Assembly (NCBI GenBank): GCA_951406725.2
Contig: OX597821.1
Span: 11,718,001 to 11,782,000 of the forward strand
Length of the DNA: 64,000 nucleotides
Source of the DNA: Octopus vulgaris
Lineage: Eukaryota
Reading direction: 5' to 3'
This document shows positions 28,089 to 43,232 of this stretch, one piece after another; the first letter of the stretch is position 1, and each line of letters starts with the position of its first letter. Below the pieces are notes generated by a model that saw nothing but the letters and a program-made list of their open reading frames with translations, did not search any database and was not told the DNA's origin. Position numbers and translations under genes: made by a program.

Positions 28089-28500
28089 GTATGTATATAT
28101 CCATGTATATTCATAGATAGACAGATACATATATATCCATAAACATACTAAAAACACACACATATATATACATTTATGCATACATCCGTAATATATATAT
28201 ACGCACGTATATGGGTGCGTATGTTATTGTAGCATTATGTGTGTTTTTGTGTTTGTGGAAAAATGAGAGAGTTGGGTTTAAAACAATTGGGGGATTAACG
28301 TACTATAAGCAAAAGCGAACTGGAGCAAACGTGTGAAGTCAATAATTTTTGTAATTAATAAGTGGATTAAATGTCAGTTATATCACAACGGTTAATTTTA
28401 TCCTCAGTGGAACTTCTTATAATGAAGTCAATTCACGTTCTCGTTTTGATGTCGTGAGAAACAAAGAAACGAAATACAAGATATGGATTCTGTCTTCAGA

Positions 28501-28554
<54 letters not shown>

Positions 28555-28699
28555 GTGCCCGCATACAGACACACATATACGTACATACTCACATACGCAC
28601 TTATATAGTCACACACAGTCATAGTCACATACAATATCAGAATGAAAATGTTCAGGGTTTAAACTGTTGTTAGGGAAACTTAAACTCATTCTTTATGTA

Positions 28700-29480
28700 A
28701 AAATCCTTCTTAGCTCTCTCTACGACAACGGTTGATGTATATAAGCTTTGCACTTGATGCTACAAAACACATCTTCAAAGTTAGATTGTATTGAGATGCA
28801 GTGGTTGCGAGGAAAGATCAAAATGTTCTACTTCCTTTCCTACCCGTATTAATTTATACACAAAATATATCCTGTGAGTCGTCACGTTATTTTCCTGCCA
28901 CCAAGGGGCAATGTTTGTACCATAGAATGAATATAATCTGGCAAAATATTCGGATAATTCCGTTAATTCAGCCATGTAGAACGACTGAAAATCCAAGAGA
29001 ATTCTTCGATATTGCTGCTCTAATCGTAACACAGCCACTTCCATACTTCACGATAGGGGACAAACAATCGGGTTTGAAAAACTGTTTATGCTGCCTCCTG
29101 ATAAACATCCACCCCGAACTTGGAAAATCGTGAATGTTCATACTTTAGCGATGATAGCATCGTTTCATAGAGTCAATGACATTTTCTCATTGCTTAGACA
29201 CAATTTCCCTCTCATATAAACTGTGAAGAGGGACAAGAGATGTTTAGCAATCGTAAGTCTTTTCATGACATCCAAATTTATGAAGCCCACGGTTTTGTTC
29301 GACACAATTCTGACAAGATGATACTTTATCTCTGGTGTCACATTTGCTCCCATAATTTAATGCTTTCTGTTAACACAGTATGGTTTACCAGTCTGTGGCC
29401 TCTCTCTGTTTTCTTTGTGTTCCTTCCTGAATTATGCTTGCCAGAGCTAGCTTTCCATTGTTTGTGGAATGCTAACATGG
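28700..29480 (-). pseudogene. Decayed Tc1-like transposase remnant
   Basis: Minus strand PIVKYGSGCVTIRAAIS (PTVKHGGGSVMVWGAIS-like), WQENNVTTH (FQDDNAPIH-like), SQPLHLNTI (PQSPDLNIIE-like); boundaries approximate. Confidence 0.7.
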
Positions 29481-29669
29481 TTTAAAACCGCACTTCGTGT
29501 AACATTACAAAACAATCAGTAGTTTTGATAACTGCAAATCCATCCATTGGCGCTCCAAATAAAATAGAAAAAATAAATAGAAGAAAATTATTATGAAGTA
29601 TAAAGCATAAATAATATAATATAGTAAAATTGCTTTAATGTGGCGATCTAGCCTTATGGTTAATCAGGT

Positions 29670-30045
29670 CGTACGAAGTTCTTGTACATGTACTTGTGGC
29701 GACATTCACAGTGGGCGGGTTGAGTTGGCTTCTTCTACCATGGGAGAAGTTTCGTGGGAATATGTGGATTTCACAAGCGGTCCCCAACAATCCCGCATGT
29801 AGAGACCTCCTGTTTGCCGCAGATTGTCCGCAGACGCAGGGACAGAACGACCGAGGAGCCGCCGGTTGCCGAAACAGACACTCTGAGGATTTTCAACAGA
29901 GTCCCGTCTGCCGGGTTGTAGCCCTAATACTACTGGGTGTCAGACCAATCCGCCTTGGGTTGCCCTACCAGGAACCGAAGTTCCCGACGGCATAGCTCTG
30001 ACACTACCTGTTGCCAGCGTCGCCACCATGGTGAGGAGGGGATGG
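29670..30045 (-). mobile_element. GC-rich 5' end (UTR) of an RTE-clade LINE
   Basis: Minus strand gagctatgccgtcggga..cctggtagggcaacccaaggcgga resembles the 5' UTR motif of RTE/BovB-type elements; recognition from memory only. Confidence 0.5.
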
Positions 30046-30054
30046 ACTTTGGGG

Positions 30055-30200
30055 AAGTTCTTAGCAGCATTTCGTCCGTTAATAGTATAGACTCTATACG
30101 TTCAAATTCTGCCGAGGTCGACTGTCCCTCTCATCCTCTGGGGTTCAATAAAATACACACCATTTGAGCATTTGGGCTGATTTACTTAACTTAGCCCCCA
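30055..30200 (+). mobile_element. SINE family C remnant
   Basis: gttcaaattctgccgaggtcgact..tcatcctctggggttcaataaaata. Confidence 0.6.
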
Positions 30201-30403
30201 AAATTTGAGACCAAATTATTAGACCTGTTTTGAATTTGTAAAATTTTAAACAGGAAAAAATTAACTAAAATCAATTGCTAGTATATTGATCACCTCCGGA
30301 ATATACATGTATATATATACATATATATACATATATATATATGTATGTATATGTATGTGAGTATGTATTTATATATATATATATATATATGAAAGTATGT
30401 ATA

Positions 30404-30467
<64 letters not shown>

Positions 30468-30497
30468 CATATATATATATATATATATTATATTATT

Positions 30498-30536
<39 letters not shown>

Positions 30537-30596
30537 TATATAATTATACATATATATATATTTATATTATATAATATAATTATATATATGTATATA

Positions 30597-30650
<54 letters not shown>

Positions 30651-31905
30651 TATATATATAATTATACATATACACCCATATACGCCACACTCATACATAC
30701 ACACGCGCACACACACACACACACGCGCGCGCACACACACACACACGCACACACACACACGCATAAGAACAACTCAATTAAGACAAATCAAATAACAGAT
30801 ACAACAACAACAACAACAAATACACTATCAACAATAACAACAAAAGTATTCTCTAAAATTAGAGAACTATTTAATAAGAATTTCTAGACTGAATCTCATC
30901 AAATTCCTCCTTGTTATTCCTGTTTGCTTGAAAGTTTCAAAGATATACCCGCTTTCACAGACATCTCATCCAAAACTATAATATTTTCCAAGTGACATTT
31001 TTTCTGATTTCTCTGAATCTTGTGAGATTGTTGGACAAGTTGCTTCCGGCAGTATTTTCGATAGTCTCTTAATGATATTCCGATTGAGTTATAAATTGGT
31101 AAATGTTACGGCGAAACACTCTATTTTGCCGAAAGGTAAAAATAAAAGAGTTTCTCATTATTATTACAATTCAGAAACTTTTTGCATTAAGAAATGAATT
31201 CTTTGAAAAATAAGAGCAAAAACTAAATAATAAAGGAATAAATATATTATAAGTACCACGGTGGATATACTCACAGAGATATATTCATGTACAAATATAT
31301 GTATATATGGGTGAATGTGTATGTGCATGAGGCGTTGGGATGTAGATAGATAAAGAGATAGAGCGGGAGAAAGGGAAGGGGTAGATTGAAAACGAGGTGG
31401 AAGAGAGAGGAAATAATAAAGAGAGGTTGATAGCGAGAGGTGATATGTACAGTTAGACTACAGCTAAAGCTCTTTGTATCAGAGATACTACATGATATCG
31501 TACATTTATGTGTATCTGTATATATACACAGAGAGCTCTGTGATGCTATATATGCAAGCATACTTCAACTTACGTCGTTTCGAGGCTTTTCGGACTCAAT
31601 ATTTAGGGGATTTTCTTTTAAAGAAATGAAAATGGGAAAAAATTCAGCTCAACTTCTGTCGGTTCATTCTACTTCACGTCGGTCTTAATAAAGAGAGTGA
31701 AAAGATAAATATTAAAAGAAAAAAACCAATACTCAACTTAAAAGTAACATATACGGCAAAATGTTTACTAATAACTAATTAAAGGTTTTCAAACACGTTT
31801 ATCGTATAACGTCGTTTCTCGTGTTAAGTCGCATGTCCTGCAACAAATTACCGACGTCAGCTGAGACATACATGTAGTTTATTTAGCGTATGATATGATC
31901 TTGAT

Positions 31906-32022
31906 CTTCTTCTTCTTCTTCTTCTTCTTCTTCTTCTTCTTCTTCTTCTTCTTCTTCTTCTTCTTCTTCTTCTTCTTCTTCTTCTTCTTCTTCTTCTTCT
32001 TCTTCTTCTTCTTCTTCTTCTA

Positions 32023-32087
<65 letters not shown>

Positions 32088-32211
32088 CCAGTAGTCTTAT
32101 TTTTATATCGTACTTTCACTGTACTACTGAACGCAACTCTGTGTTCTTCTTCTTCTTCTTCTTCTTCTTCTTCTTCTTCTTCTTCTTCTTCTTCTTCTTC
32201 TTCTTCTTCTT

Positions 32212-32301
<90 letters not shown>
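31906..32301. repeat. (TTC)n(TTA)n compound microsatellite, twice
   Basis: Direct reading: 31906-32087 and 32144-32301. Confidence 0.95.
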
Positions 32302-32858
32302 GAGTGAGAGAGCAGTGCATGTCATCAAAGTAACACTAGGGTAAAATATAAAAAGCCCAATATACCCATCATGACTACCAATGTGATAAGGGTATACCAG
32401 GCACATGCATCACAAACATATGTGCGCGACATGTTGATCTCATACCAAGATAAACAAAACATGACCTTGCGGGTGGGGCCCAGTTAGAATTTTCTTCTGG
32501 TCGAGTAGCTCATCCCGCTCAAAAGGTCCCTGGATAAGGGTTGGTTAAGGATGTTGAACAAAACACCCATGTTTCCAGAGGTGAATTATTCAAACCCCAA
32601 AGAATCCTTCTCAACAAATGGCTATGATGCTCCCCCACTACTTCTGCTCATGATCAGAGATGCACATATCGTCAGCCACTAAGGGACATGCCCAACTGGT
32701 TAAGGTCAAACAACTGACAAGCAGATCTGTGGTATTGAGCAGAATATTTGCTGTAGCCCATCTTTTATACCAAGACAAAACAATGTACATGATAACACTT
32801 CTAATCAGTTAAGATCAGAAGCCATGAGAGCTACTGCCTGGTACTACATCAGGGTATT
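32302..32858. mobile_element. ~557-bp non-coding insert bounded by (TTA)n on both sides
   Basis: Abrupt complex-sequence island between (tta)n tracts; no ORF or TIR; mobile nature inferred. Confidence 0.5.
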
Positions 32859-33755
<897 letters not shown>

Positions 33756-34199
33756 ATACATGTGTGTGTGCGTTTGTGTTTGTATGTATTTGTGCGTGTG
33801 TTTGTGTTGTGCGTGTTGTGTATGTGTTGTATGTCTATGTGCTTTCAACTGCTTGTGTAAGGATTGTGAATATATAAGCTTGTGAAAATGAATGCTATAT
33901 CGATAGACTTTACTCAACACCTTGCGTAAGTGAGACATGTAAATACCATTGTCCACTTCTACAACAACTTAGCGAATATTAAAAGTGTGATGCGCTAAAA
34001 TAGTTGGAGTTCCATTTGTGATATAATTGCCGAAGGTATCTTTTTACCTATCAGAAAAGAATATCTGAATACACTTGTTTTATTTCTAAGCGCGGTTGGG
34101 TTGCATGTTTTGCTTACAAAATACACTCTAGGCAAATTGCTAGATCAATAAATTACTACTGCATTAACGTTGTTCTATTTCAATGTGGCGTTATCCTAC

Positions 34200-34800
34200 A
34201 TAATACAGCTTTAGATGTTAGTTAAACTAAAAGAAATCGACAGATTGTAGGACAACTTGTGACAGTAGAGAGACTCACCTATCTGAGTGGCGTCATAAAT
34301 AACGATAGTAATATTGAGACTGATGTTGACAATTGAATTAAAGAAACTGCAGCTGTATTTTACAGAATGTGCTCTATCTTGTCCTCCAACAATATCAGCT
34401 TACGTACAGAGATCCGGTTTTACCAACAGATATTTATACCAGTGATGCAAGGAAGAGTAGGCTGAGCATCGATAGAAAACTAGATGCGATACACGAAAGA
34501 TGCTTGAGAAAAATTTTAAGAATGTAATGGGAAGACTTAGTAATGAATGAAGACATTCTAAAGAAAGCAACATAAGACCGTTTAGTGAAATTATTTCGTA
34601 AAGGAGAACAAAATTATGAGGTCACTTGCTCCTGCTAAAACATATTTCACCGGAGGAGAAATGAAAAGATGGGGGAGAAAGAGAATTATAGGGCTCAGAT
34701 CTTTTATAACCGACATGAAGGAGGTCACAATTACGTGGCCGTATGTAGAAGAAACCGCATCAGCAAAAACCAATTGCTGTCCAGTGAGGTCGAGAGCATA
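34200..34800 (+). pseudogene. RTE-clade LINE reverse transcriptase C-terminal remnant
   Basis: LTYLSGVINNDSNIETDVDN*IKETAAVF..ISLRTEIRFY and KLDAIHERCLRKILRM*WED match the FTYLGS..RI.KA..AF..TK.R.Y / RCLRKIL.I.W.D pattern. Confidence 0.7.
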
Positions 34801-35990
34801 GGACAAAGTGTAACTGATACTTTCACACCAAAAGTATTTCTCCACCACATTATTTATACAAGGAACTCCTACTTTCTGCTAAAGGTTTTCGATTTCACCA
34901 AGAACAAAGATTAGCCTTCTGCTTCGGCACATCTTCCTCGCCTGCTATAAACGAAAGACTTTAACTCTGGTACATACATTAAAATCGTCAAATGCATTTT
35001 TCTCACTTGGCTATTTTCAATTTAACGGCCGAACAAGAATTCATTATGTCTTAGTCAAGCAACTATCACACTGATATAGTTTATTCACACTCTGTTAATA
35101 CCATTCACACATCATTATACCTGATATACGCACACAAATTTAGTTGTGATTAACTATTTACGAGTATATATATATATATATGTAAAAATCCTTTTACACT
35201 TTCATGTCATCGTTACAATCATGCACAGAATCACAAATGTTTTTAATATATCACAATTGTAGAGATTTATAGAAACTTATAGTCTTGCGCATAAAAGGTC
35301 ACACAAAATAATATTCGGTAATACTTTTATCCCATACATTCAGTTATATGGTTTTTCAATGCAATGTACAACATAAACCGTCCTTTTCCACGTTTCCTTG
35401 CTGCTGTTATAACCTATCATTCGCCTGAAAATGGTATTACATACAGTAAACGCTTTTTTTTCCCTATCTGCTGTTTTGCTTCTGTTCTTTCCACTACCAA
35501 AATATGGGAGATATTCTGCAACGTTGTTCTCTGTCGTATATTTCAGACTCTAAGACATTGATTTGTACGACCTACCAGCTACTTTTTATGATTTTCGTTT
35601 AGCATTATCCATACCAAATATATGACTACTGCACAGTGGTAATAGATTCATATCTATCTGTCTGTCTGTCATTCTATACATACACACATACACATACTCA
35701 CATATATCTATACATATATATACATGTGATCTGGAACTAAATTCTGGTTTTTAAATGTCTTGCTTCGAGAGCTACATTCGGTACGATTCGTTTATTTTTG
35801 GTAGTAATGACTTTGAAAGTCCCTCCTAGCGTGTGGCATTTATGTGTAATAATGCCTTCTATATAATATAAATAAGTATTTTCAAGAGAAAAAAATTTCA
35901 GATTTTTTCTCTTATGAGGTTTTTCACGCTAACTACCTGATAATTTCTTGTTAAGATTTCTTATTAAGATTTTATCCTTAATAGTTAAAT

Positions 35991-36090
<100 letters not shown>

Positions 36091-36112
36091 CATATGTACA
36101 TACATATTAGAT

Positions 36113-36270
36113 CCCTGTAACTTAGCGGTTCGGCAATAGTTACCGATAGTATAAGTACTAGGCTTACAAAGAATTAGTCCTGAGGTCGATTTCTTCGACT
36201 AAAACATTTAAGGCGGTGCTTCAGCATGGCCGCAGTAAAATAATTGAAAAAAGCAAAATAATAAAAGAAT
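36113..36270 (+). mobile_element. SINE family B 3' half
   Basis: gtaacttagcggttcggcaa..ataagtactaggcttacaaagaa..cagcatggccgcagt. Confidence 0.8.
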
Positions 36271-36309
36271 ATATGTATATATATATACATATACACATAT
36301 ATATATATA

Positions 36310-36358
<49 letters not shown>

Positions 36359-36540
36359 GTATGTATTTATATCTATCTGTTTATCTATCAGTTTGTCTTC
36401 TGTCTGTATGTCTGTATTCTCTCTCTCTATACATACACACACACATACTCACATATATCTATACATATATATATATATATATATATATTTGTATATATAT
36501 ATATATATACGCGAGAAAGAAGCAACAAGAATGGATAGGT

Positions 36541-36631
36541 TTTTAGTACAATCGTTTCATACAAGGACAGGCTTTATTAAAAGTTGCAAAAATTACAGCA
36601 TATAAACGTGTCCTGTACTCATCAGCTAAAA
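36541..36631 (-). ncRNA. Type I hammerhead ribozyme motif, long stem II
   Basis: Reverse complement of 37067-37157. Confidence 0.78.
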
Positions 36632-37066
36632 TACATGTGAGTTCTCTAGACATCCTATTGGTTGAGGCTATACTCATGAAGTAGATAATTAAGTAACATA
36701 AACAGATTTCCAAAGTTCATTAAAGTTCTTTAAAGATGATGTACAGTCTTATCACAGAATTTTAAAAAACCCTCTCTGTAATGCTAATAAGCAGGAATTG
36801 AGACCAACCTCGTTGTGATTAACAATGGATAAATTTGTCGTCTGTGAGTATGTAATCCCTCATCATATCTCTGGAAATTCATATGTGCACTATGGATTAG
36901 GTCACCTTCTCTGTGATGCTGTTAAAACTTTTTTAAAATTCTGTGATAAGACTGTACATCATCTTTAAAGAACTTTAATGAACTTTGGAAATCTGTTTAT
37001 GTTACTTAATTATCTACTTCATGAGTATAGCCTCAACCAATAGGATGTCTAGAGAACTTACATGTA

Positions 37067-37157
37067 TTTTAGCTGATGAGTACAGGACACGTTTATATGC
37101 TGTAATTTTTGCAACTTTTAATAAAGCCTGTCCTTGTATGAAACGATTGTACTAAAA
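37067..37157 (+). ncRNA. Type I hammerhead ribozyme motif, long stem II
   Basis: Stem I ttttag/ctaaaa; CTGATGA 37073-37079; stem II gtacaggaca/tgtccttgtat; GAAAC 37140-37144; loop gatt; GTA 37149-37151. Confidence 0.8.
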
Positions 37158-37299
37158 ACCTATCCATTCTTGTTGCTTCTTTTTCGCTTATAATCACCCC
37201 ACATTATTGTATTGTTAAAACAGTATAGTTTTTTTTGGTGCATCTAAGTTAGGTACCATATTCAAGTAAATTCATTTAAATTAACTTGAATCTTTATTG

Positions 37300-37420
<121 letters not shown>

Positions 37421-37454
37421 TATATATATACATATATATACATAGATATATATG

Positions 37455-37681
37455 AGCTGGCAGAAACGTTAGCGCGCCGGGCGAAATTCTTTGCAGTATT
37501 TCGTCTACGGTTACATTCTGAGTTCAAATTACGCCGAGGAGGTCCCCTTTTGTCTTTTATCCTTTCGGTTTCGATTAAATAAGTACTAGTTAAGCACTGG
37601 GGTCGATATAATCGACTTAATCCCTTTGTCTGTCCTTGTTTGTCCCCTCTATGTTTAACCACTTGTGAGCAGTAAGGAAAT
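37455..37681 (+). mobile_element. SINE family C
   Basis: gctggcagaaacgttagc..gagttcaaatt..ataagtactag..ctggggtcgatataatcgact..gtaaggaaat; homologous to 8907-9126. Confidence 0.85.
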
Positions 37682-37709
37682 ATATATATATATATAAACA
37701 CATGCACGT

Positions 37710-37741
<32 letters not shown>

Positions 37742-37945
37742 TGCCGGCCGCTAGCACATTTTTGTCAAAAATAGGGGTAGCTTATCCTGTTCAGGCTATA
37801 TTATTAGCATTATCCTGTGTCTGATAATTTAAAATCACTTCTTTAACCTTCTAAGACATCTCAACGCTTCTAAAGCAAGCTTCGTTTGCTTGTTTATGTT
37901 CATCATAATTTGAATTGATAGATAGACAGATAGGTAGATAGATAT

Positions 37946-38042
<97 letters not shown>

Positions 38043-38747
38043 AAGAGAGAGATACGAACACGTACGTACATGCATACATACATGCATATATTCATACATA
38101 TTTTTTATTTATGTGTGTATTTTTATGCTGAGAGAGATGAAAAAGAGAGATAGAAAGATGTTATAGAGAAGAATACAGACACGTTATATTTTAGGTTGGA
38201 TTCATCGAGACACAGAGGAACATTTTTATGAGGATTCTACTTATATAGATCATTTGGGTGAAGATGAAGAACTTCAATGTAAGACATAACGAACGGTGTT
38301 GAATTTGTCAAGTGTAGAAACGGTACGTACGACATAGAAAGAAAGGTGAAGAAAGTAGGAACTCACTAAATAGCCTGGCACACTGATTATTAGAATTGAT
38401 AAAATAAGAAGATATGAAAATAAGAAGATATATAGATATATAGATAAATTCTTCTGATATCAATTACCAGCAATAGAGGTAAGTACGTGTTTATAGTACT
38501 TGGAGGGATTTATATTAAGAAGTGGTAGATAAAAGAATCCTTAAGGAGTAGGTGTGAACTAATTCTAAAACGTCTCAGAATTATATTACTGCCTGTTGTA
38601 GAATATTTTGAAAATTATTTTCAAAACCATCACGTAAATTCAAAGCATGCCTGCACGCACTGACATACATCGACACACACATGCACACATACGCGTACAT
38701 GAACATATACACATACATACACACACACACATATATATATACATATA

Positions 38748-38833
<86 letters not shown>

Positions 38834-39055
38834 CATAGATACATAGATAAATAGATAGATAGATATACATATATGTACGTGTGTGTGTATTATATGTCGA
38901 GAAAAATATGTATGCATGTATATATTTCTTTTTCTATAAATGTCACACATATATTAGAACAAGTGCATTTAATGTACTGTAGTGTGTTGGCATGCTTTAG
39001 GGGATGAATATGTGAGAAACTATTGTTGAAGCGAATGCGTGTATATATATATATT

Positions 39056-39128
<73 letters not shown>

Positions 39129-39900
39129 GTATGTATGTATACATATATGCATACGCACAGAAATGGAGATGTGTAAATGCGACTGAATTTGAATGATTTG
39201 TTGCCTATTTGTATGTCTGCATGATGTCATCATATATATGCGTTCGATATTTTTGGTATCTATGTCATTTGTAGTCTTTTGTAGTTCGTTTCATTGTTAT
39301 ATTATGTTCTATATACACACGCATATACATGCACACATATGTTCAATCAGAAGCACATACATATATTCATATAGATATGTTATATAGGTTTCACGTGTTT
39401 TGTGTTGTATTATGACGTTGTGTCCATGATTGTCCAACATTCTATGTGGGCGTATATACATGTCTATATCCGTTACTTTATTGTTAATATAAACTGAACA
39501 TATACGTGTAAGAATTCAGAGTTACACATAATATGTGTTACATTATATTTTGAATATGATATTTTGTTAAAGATCTAAATAATTTACAGCATTCATTTTC
39601 TATTCTCTCAGAAGGTAAATGAATATCCTACGCAGTTCTTTGTGTCTCAATGTAAGAATAGAAATATAAGCCCGCTATCGATTCATTTGTGTATACAAAC
39701 AAACACTAGTTTCATCCCAACTTTCGGCTTCAGAGTATGAATAGTTGTGGATAACTGAGTTGGCAAAAATAGAAGCAGCCTAGATTATCTGGTCAATGAG
39801 TGTATGAGCATAGAACCGATATAATTAGTTCCAAGTCAGGCCATAACGTTTTTCCACTGTCTTCCCGCTTCTCTCTCATACACACAGTGTATGTGCGTGC

Positions 39901-40257
39901 ATGTATGTATGTATGTATGTATGTATGTATGTATGTATGTATGTATGTATTTATGTATGTATGTATGTATGTATGTATGTATGTATGTATTTATGTATGT
40001 ATGTATGTATGTATGTATGTATATATGTATGTATTTATGTATGTATGTATGTATGTATGTATGTATTTATGTATGTATTTATGTATGTATGTATGTATGT
40101 ATGTATGTATTTATGTATGTATGTATGTATGTATGTATGTATGTATGTACGTATGTATGTATGTATGTATGTATGTATGTATATATGTTTGTATGTATGT
40201 ATGTATGTATGTATGTGTGTGTGTATTTATGTATGTATGTGTATGTATGTATGTATG
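39901..40257. repeat. (TATG)n microsatellite
   Basis: Direct reading. Confidence 0.95.
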
Positions 40258-40319
40258 CAGGAATGTATGTATAGATACATACATGCATATAGTGCATGTG
40301 CGTGTATTTTTTTCGGTTT

Positions 40320-40742
40320 TTATCTGTTACTCGCTTAGTTCAGGAGACTGCGCCCATGCTGGGGCACCACCTTGAAAAGTTCTTGGCCGAACGAATCCAG
40401 CACAGTACTTATTTTTTGTTAAGCCTGATAATTATTCTATCAGTCCCATTTGCCGAACACGAAGTTCCGAAGACGTATAAACATCAGCACCGGTTGTCAA
40501 GCGGCATAAGCGGCATTGGGTTACAAACACAGACACAGACACACACACACACACACGCACGCATACGCACACGCAAACGCACGCATACACATATAACGGG
40601 TTTCTTTTAGTTTCCGTCTACTAAATCCACTTGGTCGGCCTGAGGCTAGAGCACAAACACTTGCTGAAGATGCCGCGCAGTGGAACTGAACCTGGAAGCA
40701 TAAGGCTGAAAATCAAACTTCTTACCACACAACCACACCTGT
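40320..40742 (-). mobile_element. SINE family B (diverged)
   Basis: Tail, central (CA)n and head homologous to other B copies. Confidence 0.75.
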
Positions 40743-40769
40743 ATTTATATATATATATATATATATATT

Positions 40770-41183
40770 CTGTTTTTTACTTGTTTCAGTCATTTGACTG
40801 CGGCCATGCTGGAGCACCGCCTTTAGTCGAGCAACTCGACCCCGGGACTTATTCTTTGTAAGCCCAGTACTTATTCTATCGGTCTCTTTTGCCGAACCGC
40901 TAAGTGACAGGGACGTAAACACACCAGCATCTGTTGTCAAGCAATACTAGGGGAACAAGCACAGACTCACAAACACATACGCACACACACATATATATAT
41001 ATATATATATACATATATACGAAGGGTTTCTTTCAGTTTCCGTCTACCAAATCCACTCACAAGGCATCGGTCGGAGCGGGGCTATAGCAGAATACACTTG
41101 CCCAAGATGCCACGCAGTGGGACTGAACCCGGAACCATGTGGTTGGTTAGCAAGCTACGTACCACACAGCCACTCCTGCGCCT
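40770..41183 (-). mobile_element. SINE family B (near-consensus)
   Basis: Full tail-to-head match ending cagccactcctgcgcc. Confidence 0.9.
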
Positions 41184-42165
41184 ATAGTTATATGTAGAGA
41201 GAATAGGTTAGAATGCTAGAAATAATATTTATATCTCTTGGGCACCGTCATTAGCTTTTATCCACTACTATCCACATGTTACGTCATAATCAGTTACTAT
41301 TGATTTAAGAAAACACCGACTAATTTTGCGATTAACGGCAAGGCACAAAGTAATATCGTTATATGCAACTGAAACAGCGTTAGATTAAAATATCATTCTA
41401 AGTATCATGCTTAATGCAGATACATGATGACAGGTTAATTAACTTTGAAATTCGTTCAGAGTTAATAACCGTTATAAACGTACTGCGTTTCAAAGCACAA
41501 AACTATATCAATAGAGACAAAAATATTCCAACCGCGGCGGCAATGAAAGCTGAATATACATTTAAACCTTGTTAGGAATTATCAATAACATGTAGCGTCA
41601 ACAAAACTACCGATATTGCATCTACATCAGTAGTTTGCAAGAAACTCAATGATTTTTCAATTACTGCTTTTCTATATCCCAAGCAAGGAATTTTGATTCA
41701 GCAAGTCTCTGGCATCGGTGCATGTTCTTCTTACCTCTTCTTTTTTTATCTCTTCCGTAGAGGTTTGTCGCATTCAGCTTCTCCTTTCACGTGTCTCGCT
41801 AGTTTTCGTTCTTCTGAGAACTGATGTTTTTTTTTGCTTTGTTTTATTTCAACCTCATTGTTCTTTCTCGTTCGTTGCTTTCCTTACATTGCGTTACTTT
41901 CCATTACAGCCTCTCCTTGCTCTACACTTAAACACATTTCTATCACAACAACTGCTTTTCTCCTATACTCCTTTTTTTTATCTCGCAATTGCTCCTGCTT
42001 CAACCTATTTATTTGTCCTGTTTCATCACATGAACTTCAAGATTGCACACATCAACACACCACACCTGAATTAACACACAGCACAATATTTCCGTACAAG
42101 GATCTCCCAAATTACTAGTTGTATTTGAAAACACGGATGCGCTCCTGTACGTGTAAACACAACTG

Positions 42166-42578
42166 TCTCTTTTACTCTCTTTTACTTGTTTGACTGCGGC
42201 CATGCTGGAGCACCGCCTTTAATCGAGCAAATCGAACCTGGGACTTATTCTTTGTAAGCCCACTACTTATTCTATCGGTCTATTTTTGCCGAACCGCTAA
42301 GTGACGGGGACATAAACACACCAGCATCGGTTGTCAAGTAATGCTAGGGGGACAAACACAAACATGCACGCACACACGCATATACATATATATATATATA
42401 TATATACATATATACGACGGGCTTCTTCCAGTTTCCGTCTACCAAATCCACTCACAAGGCTTTCGTCGGACCGGGGCTATAGTAGAAGATACTTGCCCAA
42501 GGTGCCACGTAGTGGGACTGAACTCGGAACCATGTGGTTGGTAAACAAGTTACTTACCACACAGCCACTCCTGCGCCT
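42166..42578 (-). mobile_element. SINE family B (near-consensus)
   Basis: Full tail-to-head match ending cagccactcctgcgcc. Confidence 0.9.
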
Positions 42579-42943
42579 ATTTATTATTTATTATTTTTTA
42601 CTCTCGTTTTAAATTTCCCCGTTGAACTGCATGCTTAGCTTGGCCTAACCCAACACCAATCTTATAATTTCTAAATCTTACCATGTTTCACACTCCTATT
42701 ATATTCTTCAGTACTTTTCTCCTGGAAAAGGACTAGCGTTCGAAACGGCTTTTACATTCCGTGCCCTATTAAACGTTAAACCAGGATAAAATTTCATAAA
42801 ATTTGTACCCCTATGTTGTTGGTTTTTTTAATATATAAAAAACATTGTCAGGCGTCTCTTCTGAGGAGGAAGATGGCAAATACGTTGAAACAGCTCTCGA
42901 GATAACCATTTGTACAATTCTTCTGTTATACATACATACATAT

Positions 42944-43169
42944 CTCTTTACTCTTTTACTCTATTACTTGTTTCAGTCATTTGACTACGGCCATACTGGA
43001 GCACCGCCTTTAATCGAGCAACTCGACCCCGGGACTTATTCTTTTGTAAGCCCAGTACTTATTCTATCGGCATCTTTTGCCGAACCGCTAAGTAACGGGG
43101 ACATAAACACACCAGCATCGGTTGTCAAGCAATGCTAGGGGGACAAACACAGACACACAAACACACACA

Positions 43170-43232
<63 letters not shown>

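Larger units (their letters stand above)
25545..28200. repeat. Four-copy tandem array of a 160-190 bp microsatellite-rich unit, interrupted by the hammerhead element
   Basis: Unit tccatgtatattgatagatagacagatac..catactaaaaac..catccgtaa(TA)n at about 25548, 25715, 25874 and 28087. Confidence 0.85.
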
